Shown here piece by piece: positions 37,211 through 48,833 of a DNA stretch of 64,000 bases. The stretch is from positions 24,419,857 through 24,483,856 of the forward strand of contig NC_083407.1 of the NCBI RefSeq assembly GCF_020745735.1, read 5' to 3'. Both the position numbers and the translations under genes were made by a program. How positions within the stretch are numbered: the first letter of the stretch is position 1; every line of letters begins with the position of its first letter. This stretch comes from Hemiscyllium ocellatum. Its lineage: Eukaryota. The notes under the pieces are model-generated. The model was given only the letters and a program-made list of their open reading frames with translations, was not told the origin of the DNA and made no database searches.

Positions 37211-38998
37211 GTGAAATGTACCTGTCTCAGTTTGGGAGGAAATCATTTTTGCTGAATCTCAACAGTTAAACCTTTATCTTAAGATGAGACTCAAGTGAGG
37301 GAAGTTAATCTGAAAAATACATCGATTTCAACCTGTTTAATGTTGTTTGAAGATGGAAAATAATTTCTTATGCATAGGATGGTTTCTTAATTGTAATTAA
37401 TTTCAGCCCATTTATCATAAGAATTTGGTTTTAATCACTTACTTCCAACTTAAGAACAACATTTTCTGATTCTATGAAAATTTATATAACTAAAATTTAC
37501 AAAACAATATCTCAGTATTATTGATTCTAAAAATGCTTAGCTTGCGAGGGCTGTGGTGCTTAACTTCCATTAGTTTTTGGATTATGATGTGCTTCTAGAT
37601 CGTTTAAATTCCAATTGAGTGTGGATTATCAGCACATTTTACCAAATTTACCTACATTGCACTTTTGTTACCTGACAATGTGTAAAAAATATGCAAGTGT
37701 ACAGTTTTTTTGGGTGTGGATTTCTTACCACGAAATCTGTAAAAGTCATTGTCTTTAAAAAAGCCCTTTTAAATTGTTTTAGCCATTTTTAGCCTAACAT
37801 ACTTAATTAAGGCTGTTTTTGTTTAAATGGATTCTTGACAGCAAAATGTCTTGAGTAGAGCGAAATTAAATATAATATCCTTTATTGTCATGTGTACTCT
37901 GTACAGAAGTACTGGAGTACAGTGAAAAAATTTTACTTATTGGTACTGGCACCAGTACCTAGGTACAAATCTAGGATACAAAAGATCAATGAAAAGTAGT
38001 ATCATTACTTAGTGTCTTAAAAAATAAGTTAGAGGTAAGATTGTTATAACAAACTTGATGGATTGACATTACAGTCTGGTAAAGTATTTCAGATCGACAT
38101 TACATTGCAGCAGCACATTGAACACATGGTCTGACTCCCCCTTGCAAAGCCCCAACCGAATAACTGTCCCGCTCTATTCCAAGCATCCAGTCCGTTTCAA
38201 ACTGGCACTCAGCTGCACCAAGGTAAGTTGCGCTGCTCCAAGACTCGCTTTTCCTCTCACGAATCTCCACTACTTGTTTCAGCTTGCACAGTTCTAGGGC
38301 TCATACCTATTGTGCTGCACCAACATTCGCTTCCCCTCTCTGCTCCAGGACCCGTTTCCCCTCACTGCTCCGGGACTTGAGGCAGACAATGCACCTTATT
38401 AACTTCCTCAAAGTTCTGTAAATGCAGTTTTTCCAACTGCTGTGCCATTTGTGTTTAGTTGTCAACATCCCCATTTGCTTTGCTGCATAACTTTTCCACA
38501 AAGCATCCTGTTCTCTTTCTGACAATATTCCATCAGCAATCATTAAAGACCAGTTTTTAACTTTTTAGCCTTTAAAAAATTATAGCTATTTTTCTTTCCT
38601 GCCCTTTGCTAACAGTTCTGTAGTAGCACTTATATCAGAATGTTGTAGATTCAAGTCCCAGTCTGGAGATAGTAGCACAAAATCCAGCTGGAAGTACCAT
38701 GTGAGTACCAGTGACAGGCACCATCTATTGGATGGAATATTATATGCAGCCTCACCTGCTCGATTGGATGGACATGAAAATCGCATTGTATAATTTCAGG
38801 AAATGTTATCTTTGGTGTCATGGGTAGTACATATCCATCAAACAGTATAACTGAAATATATTATCTGCTATGGTATTATTCCTGCCCTTAATTACTTCAT
38901 AGTCAATCCTTTGAAATGTCACTGTAATGAAGGGAAGTATTGCTTGTACTGTTCCTCCAGGGTGAATGCTAATCATCCATTGTTTCTTAGGATAATAG

Positions 38999-39211
38999 CT
39001 GAAAATGTGTTGTTGGAAAGGCGCAGCAGGTCAGGCAGCATCCAAGGAGCAGGAGAATCGACGTTTCGGGCATGAGCCCTTCTTCAGATTCCTGAAGAAG
39101 GGCTCATGCCCGAAACGTCGATTCTCCTGTTCCTTGGATGCTGCCTGACCTGCTGCGCTTTTCCAGCAACACATTTTCAGCTCTGATCTCCAGCATCTGC
39201 AGACCTCACTT
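38999..39211. mobile_element. Young palindromic PLE-terminus element with back-to-back hammerhead cores, TSD-flanked
   Basis: ~90-bp near-perfect inverted arms centred ~39089; 16-bp direct repeat tttcttaggataatag at 38983-38998 and 39212-39227. Confidence 0.92.
39086..39125 (+). ncRNA. Hammerhead ribozyme motif (intact core, one U-U mismatch in stem I); mirror copy on the minus strand ~39055-39091
   Basis: agattc-CTGAAGA-a-gggc(tcat)gccc-GAAA-cg-TC-gattct. Confidence 0.65.
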
Positions 39212-39448
39212 TTTCTTAGGATAATAGTCTCACAAACCCAAATGGTGAATGCAGGTAGTGGCATTAGAACAATATTCACTGTAACTCAGAGAGGTCACTA
39301 GACTAAATACAAAAACATGGAATCAAAGGATTTATATGGCACAAATACTTATGTTTGTTTGTGCCTTCTGTTCAAACACTATAACTATAAGATTTTGTTC
39401 TTTTAGATGGGCTTGATTGTCAAAAACATTTCTCATTTTCTTTTATAG

Positions 39449-39556
39449 CTGAAGTATAAGGAAGCTTATGAACATATGAAAGCAAGAGGCTACAAATTGA
39501 TCCCAGAAACCATTAGCATTACTGCAGCCAAGAAAGCAGATCTTATTTTGAATCAG
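39449..39556 (+). CDS. NEB: NEB exon 27 (108 nt)
   Basis: ttatag|LKYKEAYEHMKARGYKLIPETISITAAKKADLILNQ|gtaatg. Confidence 0.95.
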
Positions 39557-39654
39557 GTAATGTAGGCACACTGTTAGCATGAACACATTGATCATAAAAG
39601 ATTACCGTGGGAAAGGTGAATATTTGATGCATTTAATTCCTTTCTCTGATGCAG

Positions 39655-39759
39655 CGTCTATATCGTTTACTTTATGACACTAACAAAGACAAGATTCACC
39701 CAACGCATGACACTCCAGAAATTCGTCAAGTCAAAGCTACACAGGAGGCGATCAGTGAT
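39655..39759 (+). CDS. NEB: NEB exon 28 (105 nt)
   Basis: atgcag|RLYRLLYDTNKDKIHPTHDTPEIRQVKATQEAISD|gtaagt. Confidence 0.95.
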
Positions 39760-39858
39760 GTAAGTTTAAGAATTGAGTGAACTTGTCTCAGTAAATTAAC
39801 TAAGCATACTCTATTGGCTGAACAGAATTCAACGATTTTACTTTTTGTCTTCCTTTAG

Positions 39859-39963
39859 CTGATATATAAGTCGGACTACTTCCGGTTGAAAGGTCAGAAG
39901 ATTTCCCTTCCCGTCACTCCTGAGCTGCTCCATCACCGATATGTTGGTGTTATCACGAGTGAT
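39859..39963 (+). CDS. NEB: NEB exon 29 (105 nt)
   Basis: ctttag|LIYKSDYFRLKGQKISLPVTPELLHHRYVGVITSD|gtaatt. Confidence 0.95.
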
Positions 39964-40062
39964 GTAATTATTAAATCTGTCTTTGCTTATTCATTCATTT
40001 TGTTTAAATTTTTCCTTAATGTTTTCTGAATAGTACTAAGTTTGTGACTATTCCTTCTATAG

Positions 40063-40161
40063 AATAAGTACAAGGAAGAGCTTCAGTGGCTGAGGGGCAT
40101 TGGATGCTTCCTGTATGGAACTCCTGAAATGATACGAGTGCGTGACTTCCACAAATTCTGG
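40063..40161 (+). CDS. NEB: NEB exon 30 (99 nt, super-repeat start)
   Basis: ctatag|NKYKEELQWLRGIGCFLYGTPEMIRVRDFHKFW|gtatgc. Confidence 0.92.
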
Positions 40162-40847
40162 GTATGCTTTCCATTTTTTGTAATCCAGATATACCAATTG
40201 TTATGATCTAAAATTATGCCATAAATGTGAGTTTTAATTTAGCCAAAAAAGTTGGTCTAAGATCATGAATGATGCTGAAGGTCTTCAGCCCTAAGGACTT
40301 TCCTGCCCTTGGGTGCTCCACATCTATTGACTCTGACTTACAGCATCTGCAGTCCTTACTGTGTCCGAAGCAGTCTGTTAGCAGGATGGCTGTTTGGGAT
40401 GCACAGTAACGCCAACAGTACGAGTTCAGTTCCTGCAATGGCTGAGATCACCATGAAGGTCCCACCTTCTCACTCTACCCCTTGCCTGAGACATAGTGAC
40501 CCTCAGGCTAAACAACCACCAGTCGTTCCTCTCTAATGAGCGAGCTGGCCTATGGTTCCCTGGGACAGCGATACCTTTGCCTTATGTATACGTAAATGAC
40601 AGGAAAACTCCATGAATGTTGAAATTCTGAAATAAAACTAACAATGCTGGATATGCTCATTTGATCTAGCAACATCTCTAGAGTGAGAAAAATGAAGTTA
40701 ATCTTTCAGTTTGGCAGCCTAGCTTACTGAGGGTAAACATTGTAACTCTTGAGATAGTAAGTAGTATTTCTGAAAATATTTATCTTCCCGATCTAGTAAA
40801 ATTTATTTGAAAATACTTTAAACTTCTTTTTTGTGTCTTTCTTTCAG

Positions 40848-40952
40848 ACTGGCTATGACAAAGCTGCCAAAAAATTACGTGACAAGCACACTTCAGTTCT
40901 TGATACTCCTGAATACAGGCGTGTGACGGAACTGAAAACTCACTTGAGCAAT
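40848..40952 (+). CDS. NEB: NEB exon 31 (105 nt)
   Basis: tttcag|TGYDKAAKKLRDKHTSVLDTPEYRRVTELKTHLSN|gtaagt. Confidence 0.94.
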
Positions 40953-41050
40953 GTAAGTATCCAACCACTTCATGGAATGCAAATAAGAATGGAATTGTAA
41001 CTCCACCTTTAATCTCAAATGGATTGTACACTTTTATTATGCATGAATAA

Positions 41051-41298
41051 GGGAGGACATGGTGGCTCAGTGGTTAGCACTGCTGCCTCCCAATGCCAGG
41101 GATCTGGGTTCGATTCCACCCTCGGGCAGCTGTCTTTGTGGAGTTTGCACGTTCTCCCATTGTCTGCGTGGGTTTCCTCCCACAGTCCAGAGATGTGTAG
41201 TTTAGGTGAATCAGTTATGAGAAATGTAGGGTTACAAGGAAAAGGTAAGAGGTTGGGTCTGGGTAGGATGCCCTTCAGAGAGTTAATGTTGGCTCGAT
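41051..41298 (+). mobile_element. tRNA-derived SINE, 5' part (its tail resumes at ~44681-44712)
   Basis: SINE head and core end at tgttggctcgat; the tail tgtggactcgat...gattctatga follows the nested insertions. Confidence 0.8.
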
Positions 41299-42810
41299 GG
41301 TGTTGTGCTGGAAAAGCACAGTAGGTCAGGCAGCATCTGAGGAGCAGGAGAATCAGCATTTCGGGTATAAGCCCTTCATCAGGAGTGAGGCTTGTGGACT
41401 GGGGGGCTGAGAGATAAATGGGGAGGGGTGTAGGGGCTAAAGGGAAGGTAGCTGGGAATGTAATAGGTAGATGAAGGTTTTGGGTGAAAGTGATAGATTG
41501 GAGTGGAGGGTGGATGGATAGATGGGAAAGGTGATGGACAGGTCAGGAGGGCGGTGCCCAGTTGGAGGCTTGGGACTGGGATAATGTGGGAGGGAGGGGG
41601 ATTGAGGAAACTGTTGAAATTCACATTGATCCCGTGTGGTTGCAGGGTCTCAAGGTACAATATGAGGTGTTCTTCCTCCAGGCGTTGGGTGATTAGGGTT
41701 TGGCGAAGGAGGAGGCCCAGGACCTGCATGTCCTTGACCAAGTGGAAGGGGGAGTTGAAGTGTTCAGCCATGGGTCGGTGGGGTTGGTTGGTGCAGGTGT
41801 CCCAGAGATGTTCTCTGAAACGATCAGCAAGGAGGCATCCTGACTCCCTGATGTAGAGGAGATCACATTGCGTGCAATGGATGCAATAGATGACATTGGT
41901 GGAGGTACAGGTAAATCTCTGTTGGATGTGGAAGGCTTCTTTGGGGCCTTGGATGGAGGTGAGGTTTTGCACTTCCTGTGGTGGCAGGGGAAGGTGCCAG
42001 CAATGGGGTGTGGGCTGGTGGGGGATTTAGACCTGACTAGGCAGTCGTGGAGGGAATCGTCTCTCCAGAACATTGATAGGGGTGGAGTGGGAAATATCGC
42101 TCTGGTGGTGGGGTCCGTTTGTAGGTGGACCTAGTGGCAGAGAATGATGCGATGTATGCAGAGGTTGGTGGGGTGGAAGGTGAGAAGCAGGGGGATGTTC
42201 TGTCCTTGTTGCATTGGGAGGGGTGGGGCTCAAGGGCAGTGATGTGGGAAGTGGAGGAAATGTGCTGGAGGGCATCATTGACCACGTGGGAAAGGAAATT
42301 GCGATCTTGGAAGAAGGAGGCCCATCTGGGATTTTCTAAGGTAAAATTGGTCATCCTGGGAACAGATGTGTTGGGAGCGGAGGAATTGGGAATAAGGGAT
42401 GGCATTTTTACAGGAGGTAGGATGGGAGGAGGTGAAATCTAGGTAGCTGTGGAGGTTGCTGGGCTTGTAGTAGATGTCCATGGTCAGTCAGTCGTCGGAG
42501 ATGGAGAGGTGCAGGAAGGGAGGTTACCGAGATGGTTCAGGTGAATTTGAGGTCAGGGTGGAAGGTGTTGGTAAAGTTGATGAACTGTTCAACCTCCTAG
42601 TGGAAGAATTAGGTAGCACCGATATGATCATCGATGTAGCGCAGGAACATGTGGGGGGGTGGTGCCAGCGTAACTGTGGAAGATGGATTGTTCCATGTAT
42701 CCGACAAAGAGGCAGCATAGCTGGGTCCCATGCAGGTGCTCAAGGCTACCCCTGCGTTTGGAGGATGTGGGAGGAGAGGTTATTTTGGGTGAGGACCAAT
42801 TTAGCCAGGC
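41299..42810 (-). mobile_element. Penelope-like retroelement (Neptune-like): RT C-terminus, Cys linker, GIY-YIG endonuclease, 3' UTR, decayed hammerhead
   Basis: FTCTSTNVIYCIHCTQCDLLYIRESG...RFREH...AEHFNS (GIY-YIG); GTFPCHHRKCKT linker; DIYYKPSN..YLDFTSSHP..K.AIPYSQFLR thumb; YIDD at ~42625-42640. Confidence 0.93.
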
Positions 42811-43560
42811 CCCCCACTGCCCCTTAACCATAACCTCATCACCCATCACCAAACCATCATCTCGCAGACCATCCACAAACTCATCACCTCTGGGGATCTC
42901 CCATCCACAGCCTTCAACCTGATCGTCTGTGAACCCTGCACCACCCAATTTTACCTCCTACCGAAGAGTCACAAACCTGACTGCCCCATTCGACTCATTG
43001 GCTCAGCCTGCTCCTGTCCCACTGAACTCATCTCTGCATACCTTGACACTGTCCTGACCCCTTTAGTCTAGGAACTCTCTACCTACGTTCAGGACACCAC
43101 CCACGCATTTGACATACTCCAAGATGTTTGTTTTTCCAGCCCCCAAAATCTCATCTTCACCATGGGCATCCAGTCCTTGTACACATCATTCGCCATGATG
43201 AAGGCCTCCAAGCCCTTTGTTTCTTTCTCTCACATCGTCCCAACCAGTACTCTTACACCAACTCCCTCATTCACCTGGCTGAACTGGTGCTCACCCTTAA
43301 CAATTTCTCCTCCCAATCCTCCCACTTTCTCCAAACCAAAGGGCATGGCACCTGCATGGCCCTCAGCTATGCCTGCCTCTTTGTCAAGTACATGGAACAG
43401 TCCACCTTCTGTAGTTACACTGGCACCACCCCCACCTTTCCTCCACTACATTGATGAATGTATTGGCGCTACCTCGTGCTCCCAAGAGGAGGTCGAACAG
43501 ATTCAGCAACCTCACCAACACCTTTCACCCCAACCTCAAATGGTCTCCTTCATTGCCAGA
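42810..43560 (+). mobile_element. Penelope-like RT fragment in opposite orientation
   Basis: FYLLPKSHKPDCPIR, LIFTMGIQSLYTS, LTLNNFS..HFLQTKG..GTCMA.SYACLF, YIDECIG motifs (frameshifted). Confidence 0.9.
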
Positions 43561-43589
43561 TCCTAACCACCCGAGGTCTGGAGGAATTT

Positions 43590-44270
43590 GAATTGAATGG
43601 AATTGAATTGAATTTATAGTCACATGTACCAAGGCACAGTGAAAAGCTTTGTCTTGTGATCAATATAAGCATATCACAAAGTTAAGTAGCATAGATAAGT
43701 AAATAATAGGTAAACAGCGGCAAAAACCAAAACACAGGTACAGGTGAATGCTAAGAGTTTGAGAGTCCATTCAGTATCCTAACAACAGTAGGATAGAAAC
43801 TGGCTGATGCGTGTGTTCAGGCTTCCGTACCTTCTCCCCGATGGTAGAGGTTGTAGAAAAGCATTGCCAGGGTGGGATGGATCTTTGAGAATGCTGGCAG
43901 CCTTTCCTTGACAGCAGACCTGGTAGATGGATTCTACAGATGGGAAGTTGGCCTTTGTGATTGTCTGGGCCGAGTTCACCACTCTCTGTAACCATCTCCG
44001 ATCTTGAATGGTACAGTTGCCATACCAGGTGGTGATACATCCAGCCAGAATGCTCTCGATGGCGAACCTATAAAAATTGGCAAGGGTATTTACCATCATG
44101 CCAAATTTTCTCAGCTGTCTGAGGAAGAAGAGTTGTTGTTGGGCCTTTGTAACCAGTGCGTCCACACGAAGAGTCCAAGAAAGCTCTTTGTTGATCATAT
44201 TCCCAGGAGCTTGACACTCTCCATTTGTTCCACCTCTGTGCTGTTAAGGTGTAGGGAGGCATGAGTAACA
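43590..44270 (-). mobile_element. Rex1/Babar-clade LINE 3' fragment
   Basis: KAQQQLFFLRQLRKFG...FYRFAIESILAGCITTWYG...DPSHPG...LPSGRRY; (ttcaa)n tail. Confidence 0.88.
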
Positions 44271-44680
44271 TCCCACCAAAAATCAAAAATATTCTGCCTT
44301 GGGACCCTACAACCAAATGGGATCAATGTGGATTTCAACATTTTCCTCATTTTCCCCTCCCTTCACATTTTCCCAAGCCTTCAACTCTGCACCTCCCTCC
44401 TGACCTGTCCATCACCTTTCCCATCTGTCAACTCCACCCTCCTCTCCGACCTTCTCCCTCACCTTCACCTATCTGTTGCATTCTCTGCTATCTTCCATCT
44501 AGCCCCACCCCCTCCCATTTATCTCTCGGGCCCCCAGACCCACAACCCTAATTCCTGATGAAGAGCTTATGCCTGAAATGCTGACTCTCCTGCTACTTGG
44601 GTGCTGCCTGATCTGCTGTGCTTTTCCAACATCACAGTCTCAACTCTGATCTCCAGCATCTGCAGTCCTCCCTTTCTACT
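44270..44680 (+). mobile_element. PLE 3' end (GIY-YIG tail, UTR, decayed hammerhead)
   Basis: Inverted counterpart of 41299-41680; cctgatgaagagcttatgcctgaaatgct. Confidence 0.85.
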
Positions 44681-44924
44681 TGTGGACTCGATTTGCCAAG
44701 TGACCTGCTTCCACACTATCAAGATTCTATGAAAATGTTAAGTGACTTCAGGAAAATGATCTAGCGTTCTATGCTGTTATTTGAAATTAAGCAATGTAAA
44801 GGAAATATTTCTTCAGTCTATAATCAACCTCTGATGGGAATTTTTGACAAAGAGGAAAACTGCAGGGAGACAGAGCTGTAGAGTATACCAATTACACCTC
44901 AGAACTCAAGAAAGGTGATCTACC

Positions 44925-45265
44925 TCATAATGGGCACACCTCTCTTTCCATCCCCAACTTCCTTCCCAGCCCTGCCCCCTCCCTTCTATTCCTCTGATTG
45001 ACCCTTCCTTTCAGCTACCAAAGAGATTCATTCCTCCCATCAACCAACCAGTTCGTACCCTCTACCTGTGTTCACCTATTCCTACTTCACCACCGCATGC
45101 CCCACCTCATCCTCTTTTTTACAGCTCCTCTTAGACCCACCCCCAGTCCTGAAGATGGGTTGCATCCAAAATGTTGGCTTCTCCACCTCCTGATGCTGCC
45201 TGATTTGCTGTGTTCTTCCAGCCTCCTGCTTGTCTACCTTGGATTCCAGCATCTGCAATTTTTTT
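44925..45265 (+). mobile_element. PLE 3' UTR remnant, divergent subfamily
   Basis: C-rich UTR then cctgaagatgggttgcatccaaaatgtt...ccagcatctgca. Confidence 0.65.
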
Positions 45266-46066
45266 GACTCTCATCCCCTTTTCTGCCAAGATCACAATAA
45301 AAAGATCTGAATTATTCAGCAGTTGATGTGTAATCATTGCACTCAGTATTGAATTTAATGCAGGGAACATCAAGATGGTTGCTGAAGGTTTTGTGATTTG
45401 TTTGATGTTATGTATAAAACTTTGTGATCACACATCCTGAGATTTCTCCAAGCTAAGAATTTATTTTTGCATCTGTACACATCCAAGTTAAGGCACTAAA
45501 TTTTTTATGCCAAAATACATACTCCCCTCTGTTTAGCCAGTCGTGTTGCTTTTGAGGGACCTCTATTATCCTACATGCTTGATCATGAGCTTTAGTCCTT
45601 AATTATGAACTTTGCATTGATCAGCTTGTTCTTTATAAAGCAGGAAGATAAGAGCATTTATCTCAGGGTTCATTTCGTTCTAATTTGACTTGCTTGCTAA
45701 TGCAAGATTGGGACTCAATCAAATTTCTATGACACAATTGACAATCCAATGCCTGACCAAGGAAGTCCATAGCCAATCTTAATAATGCCGTAACTCCATA
45801 TCTCTACATTCTGTTTTCCAACAAAAATCGATAAAGATCAGTTTTGAAAGGTTCGCTTGTCACAGCAATGATACAGATAAACATTCCAAATTGAGCAAAA
45901 TGTGGACACTGACAGGATTAAGGTTCTGGAGACTCTTCAAGCATCATGACAGATTTGGTAAACGGGGACACCCAAACCTATCATAGATCTAAGCAAGAAC
46001 AAAACAGAACATGTGCCACATTTTAGTGAGATAATTGATCTTTCATTTGCCTCTTGTCAATTTTAG

Positions 46067-46171
46067 CTGGTATACCGTGCTCAGGGAAATAAAGCAAAGA
46101 CGAAGTACACAACAAGGCTTGACACTGTGGATCTAAACCGAGCCAAACACGGTCAGAAGATACAGAGTCAG
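46067..46171 (+). CDS. NEB: NEB exon 32 (105 nt)
   Basis: ttttag|LVYRAQGNKAKTKYTTRLDTVDLNRAKHGQKIQSQ|gtgagg. Confidence 0.95.
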
Positions 46172-46507
46172 GTGAGGCCAGACAAGCTGTTAAATGGAAA
46201 TGATGGTTCTTATAGTGAAAAGCTTCTGAGTAGAAACTAAAAGGAGGCTTTTAAGTATGGTATCAAAGCAAGATATGTATTGAATGTAGTTGAAAATTAC
46301 TGACCACAGTAAAATTTTTTTTATTATCACTTCAAAGGAAGTGTTGTATCAGTGAGTAACATGATAGAAAATTCAGGAACCGTTATATTCTTCAGTGTGG
46401 AAAGATATGACAAAATTTCTGTGCTAGTTTGCAAGTATTGTGAAACCTGCCAAGTACTGTCTATTATCACACATCTTATTAAAGATGTTTTCTTTTTCCT
46501 TCTGCAG

Positions 46508-46612
46508 TACCTGTATGTTGAATTAGCTAGAAAAGATAGACCGCATTACATTCCTCATGAGCATACTACATCCCTGAATCATGCCAAGCATGTCAAAGAT
46601 TTTGCCAGTGAG
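46508..46612 (+). CDS. NEB: NEB exon 33 (105 nt)
   Basis: ctgcag|YLYVELARKDRPHYIPHEHTTSLNHAKHVKDFASE|gtaaga. Confidence 0.95.
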
Positions 46613-47028
46613 GTAAGACACAAATAAGCAGTTATTTGGAAAACCTCTTACACAAGTAATACATATATAAATATGTTGTTTCAACTTATTTTTAAATGCA
46701 CTCAATTTCGAGGAAATAAGTTGCTTACATTTGCAAGTCAAGAAAATGCACAGGATTAATTAAAAAACATAATGAGTATGAAATTATTTTGCTGCCATTT
46801 AAACAGGGCAGTTAACAAATTGAAAAGAGTACTATAGCAGTCTACACCTTCATACAAATAGTCGTTCATGGCTTTTCAATGATTCATGTGCAATACATAT
46901 CACTTCTCAATGTGACATGGATTCCAGGGTGCAACATACTAAATGTGTGAAAAGTTAAGATAGAAAGACCTGCTTTTATTCAATTAAGTTCATGATTCTA
47001 ATCTATCTTTTTTTCTTTCCAATGTTAG

Positions 47029-47133
47029 AAAAAATACAAGGAACAATATGAGAAGTTCAAGAGTAAATACACTACAATCCCAGATACTCCAACATTGTTG
47101 ATTTCTAAGAAAGCATACATAATTGCCAGTGAT
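47029..47133 (+). CDS. NEB: NEB exon 34 (105 nt)
   Basis: tgttag|KKYKEQYEKFKSKYTTIPDTPTLLISKKAYIIASD|gtatgt. Confidence 0.95.
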
Positions 47134-47232
47134 GTATGTATTGAATAATTCCTTCTTACTGGTATATAAAGAGATTTCATAACCATCTGTGATTTTTTCA
47201 CATTTTGAGGACACTCTTTTTGCTTTTAATAG

Positions 47233-47337
47233 TTACGATATAAAGAAGCCTTTGAACATGCAAAAGGTCATTACCGTACAGTGAAAGATGCCCTGAACAT
47301 TGTCTACCATCGCAAAGTCACAGATGATATCAGTGAG
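47233..47337 (+). CDS. NEB: NEB exon 35 (105 nt)
   Basis: taatag|LRYKEAFEHAKGHYRTVKDALNIVYHRKVTDDISE|gtacat. Confidence 0.95.
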
Positions 47338-48728
47338 GTACATGATGTTTATATTTAAGTAACTGAAATCTTTGAAGTATTTAAAAGCTATTCATATTGT
47401 GTGAGCATGTTACATAGAGTAATGAGACTAACATTGTAATGCATGGCGACCTTTTGGACTTGCCTCTTTTCTACAGAAATATGGGTATCTTTAACTTGTT
47501 ATCACTCTCTGACAATAAGACAGAGACCATGATCAGGCTTTCAGCTATGGCCCAGATCCCCCCAGCCATTCTAATGTCTTGTGAATATGTTGTGGGTGAT
47601 GGTGTGGAAGGCTTTACAGTTGTGTGGAATGATGTGTTTTCTTGCCCATTGTCTTCCCACTTCTGCTGGGATGTTACCATCAGCAACAGAGATGTTGGGT
47701 AACTCTCTGGCCCCAAAGACCAGTGAAGGCCTTTAAGTTGCTAATTAATCATCCCCATTCACCATTTCTCCAGGTCTCCTCACCATTCCCAGGACCTGTT
47801 GCAATCCCAATACAAAAGGGGCCCATCATCTTAAATGGAGTGCCCCTTTTTACTTTGTGCATTACCAACCACATAATGTTCTGGATCTGAGTTTGGATCC
47901 TGTCAACGCAGATGGTGGAACTTGACTTCAATAAAAAAAAAATAAAATCTGGACTTAAAACCCATCCGGTTCACAAATGTCCTTCAGAGAACAAAATCTG
48001 CCATCCTCACCTGGTCTGGCCTACATGTGACTCCAGACCCGCAACAATGTAGTTGACTCTCAACTGCCCTCTGGGAAATCAGGGATAGGCAGTGATTACT
48101 GGCCCAACTAGTAAAAGCCACATTCTGCAATTACATTTTTTAAAAAATCCCCCCAAAATATTTACCCCTTTTTTTTTCCACCTTCAAATGAACTTGGGTA
48201 AAAGGCCAACCTTCTCCCTCATGCCCTTTGTCTACTGTCCAGAATATAATGCTGAAGGTGTATAGACCTTAATGTTGGCACGTTAGTGGTCACTTTGCCC
48301 ACCTCGTGTGTTATGGGACTGGTTTGGAGTGTGCACAAAGGAAGATGGTTAAACAATTGATGTATTTACATGAGGCCCTGCCAAAAACACACCAAGCCCA
48401 TAAAATCAAATCCCAGACCTTTCCAAGGAGAAATTATTAAAACAGGGTTATTATTGTAAGCAGGGTCAATTAGAATGAAGAATCCAGTAATTGTACCCAT
48501 ACTGTGTTCCTTCATCTTTGTTCTGCATACACTGATGGGATGAAAATTCTCAAATATTGCATGGCATTCTCAACTGACACAGCTTCAGGTTCAGCTAAGC
48601 ATTCACAGGCAAGGGAAACCAGGTCCATTTAGGAATATTTGGAAACCTTCTTCGTCCCAGTGCAGTCCTGCTTTCTATCAGTTTCCTCATTTCTGGTTAG
48701 TGACTTTTCATTAACATTGTGGTCCTAG

Positions 48729-48833
48729 GTCAAATACAAGGAGAAGTACATCCAACAGTTGGGTGTGTGGAGATCAATCCCTGACCCACCTGAACACATG
48801 CACCACCGTATGGTAACCGATGCCATCAGCACT
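48729..48833 (+). CDS. NEB: NEB exon 36 (105 nt)
   Basis: tcctag|VKYKEKYIQQLGVWRSIPDPPEHMHHRMVTDAIST|gtgagt. Confidence 0.95.
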
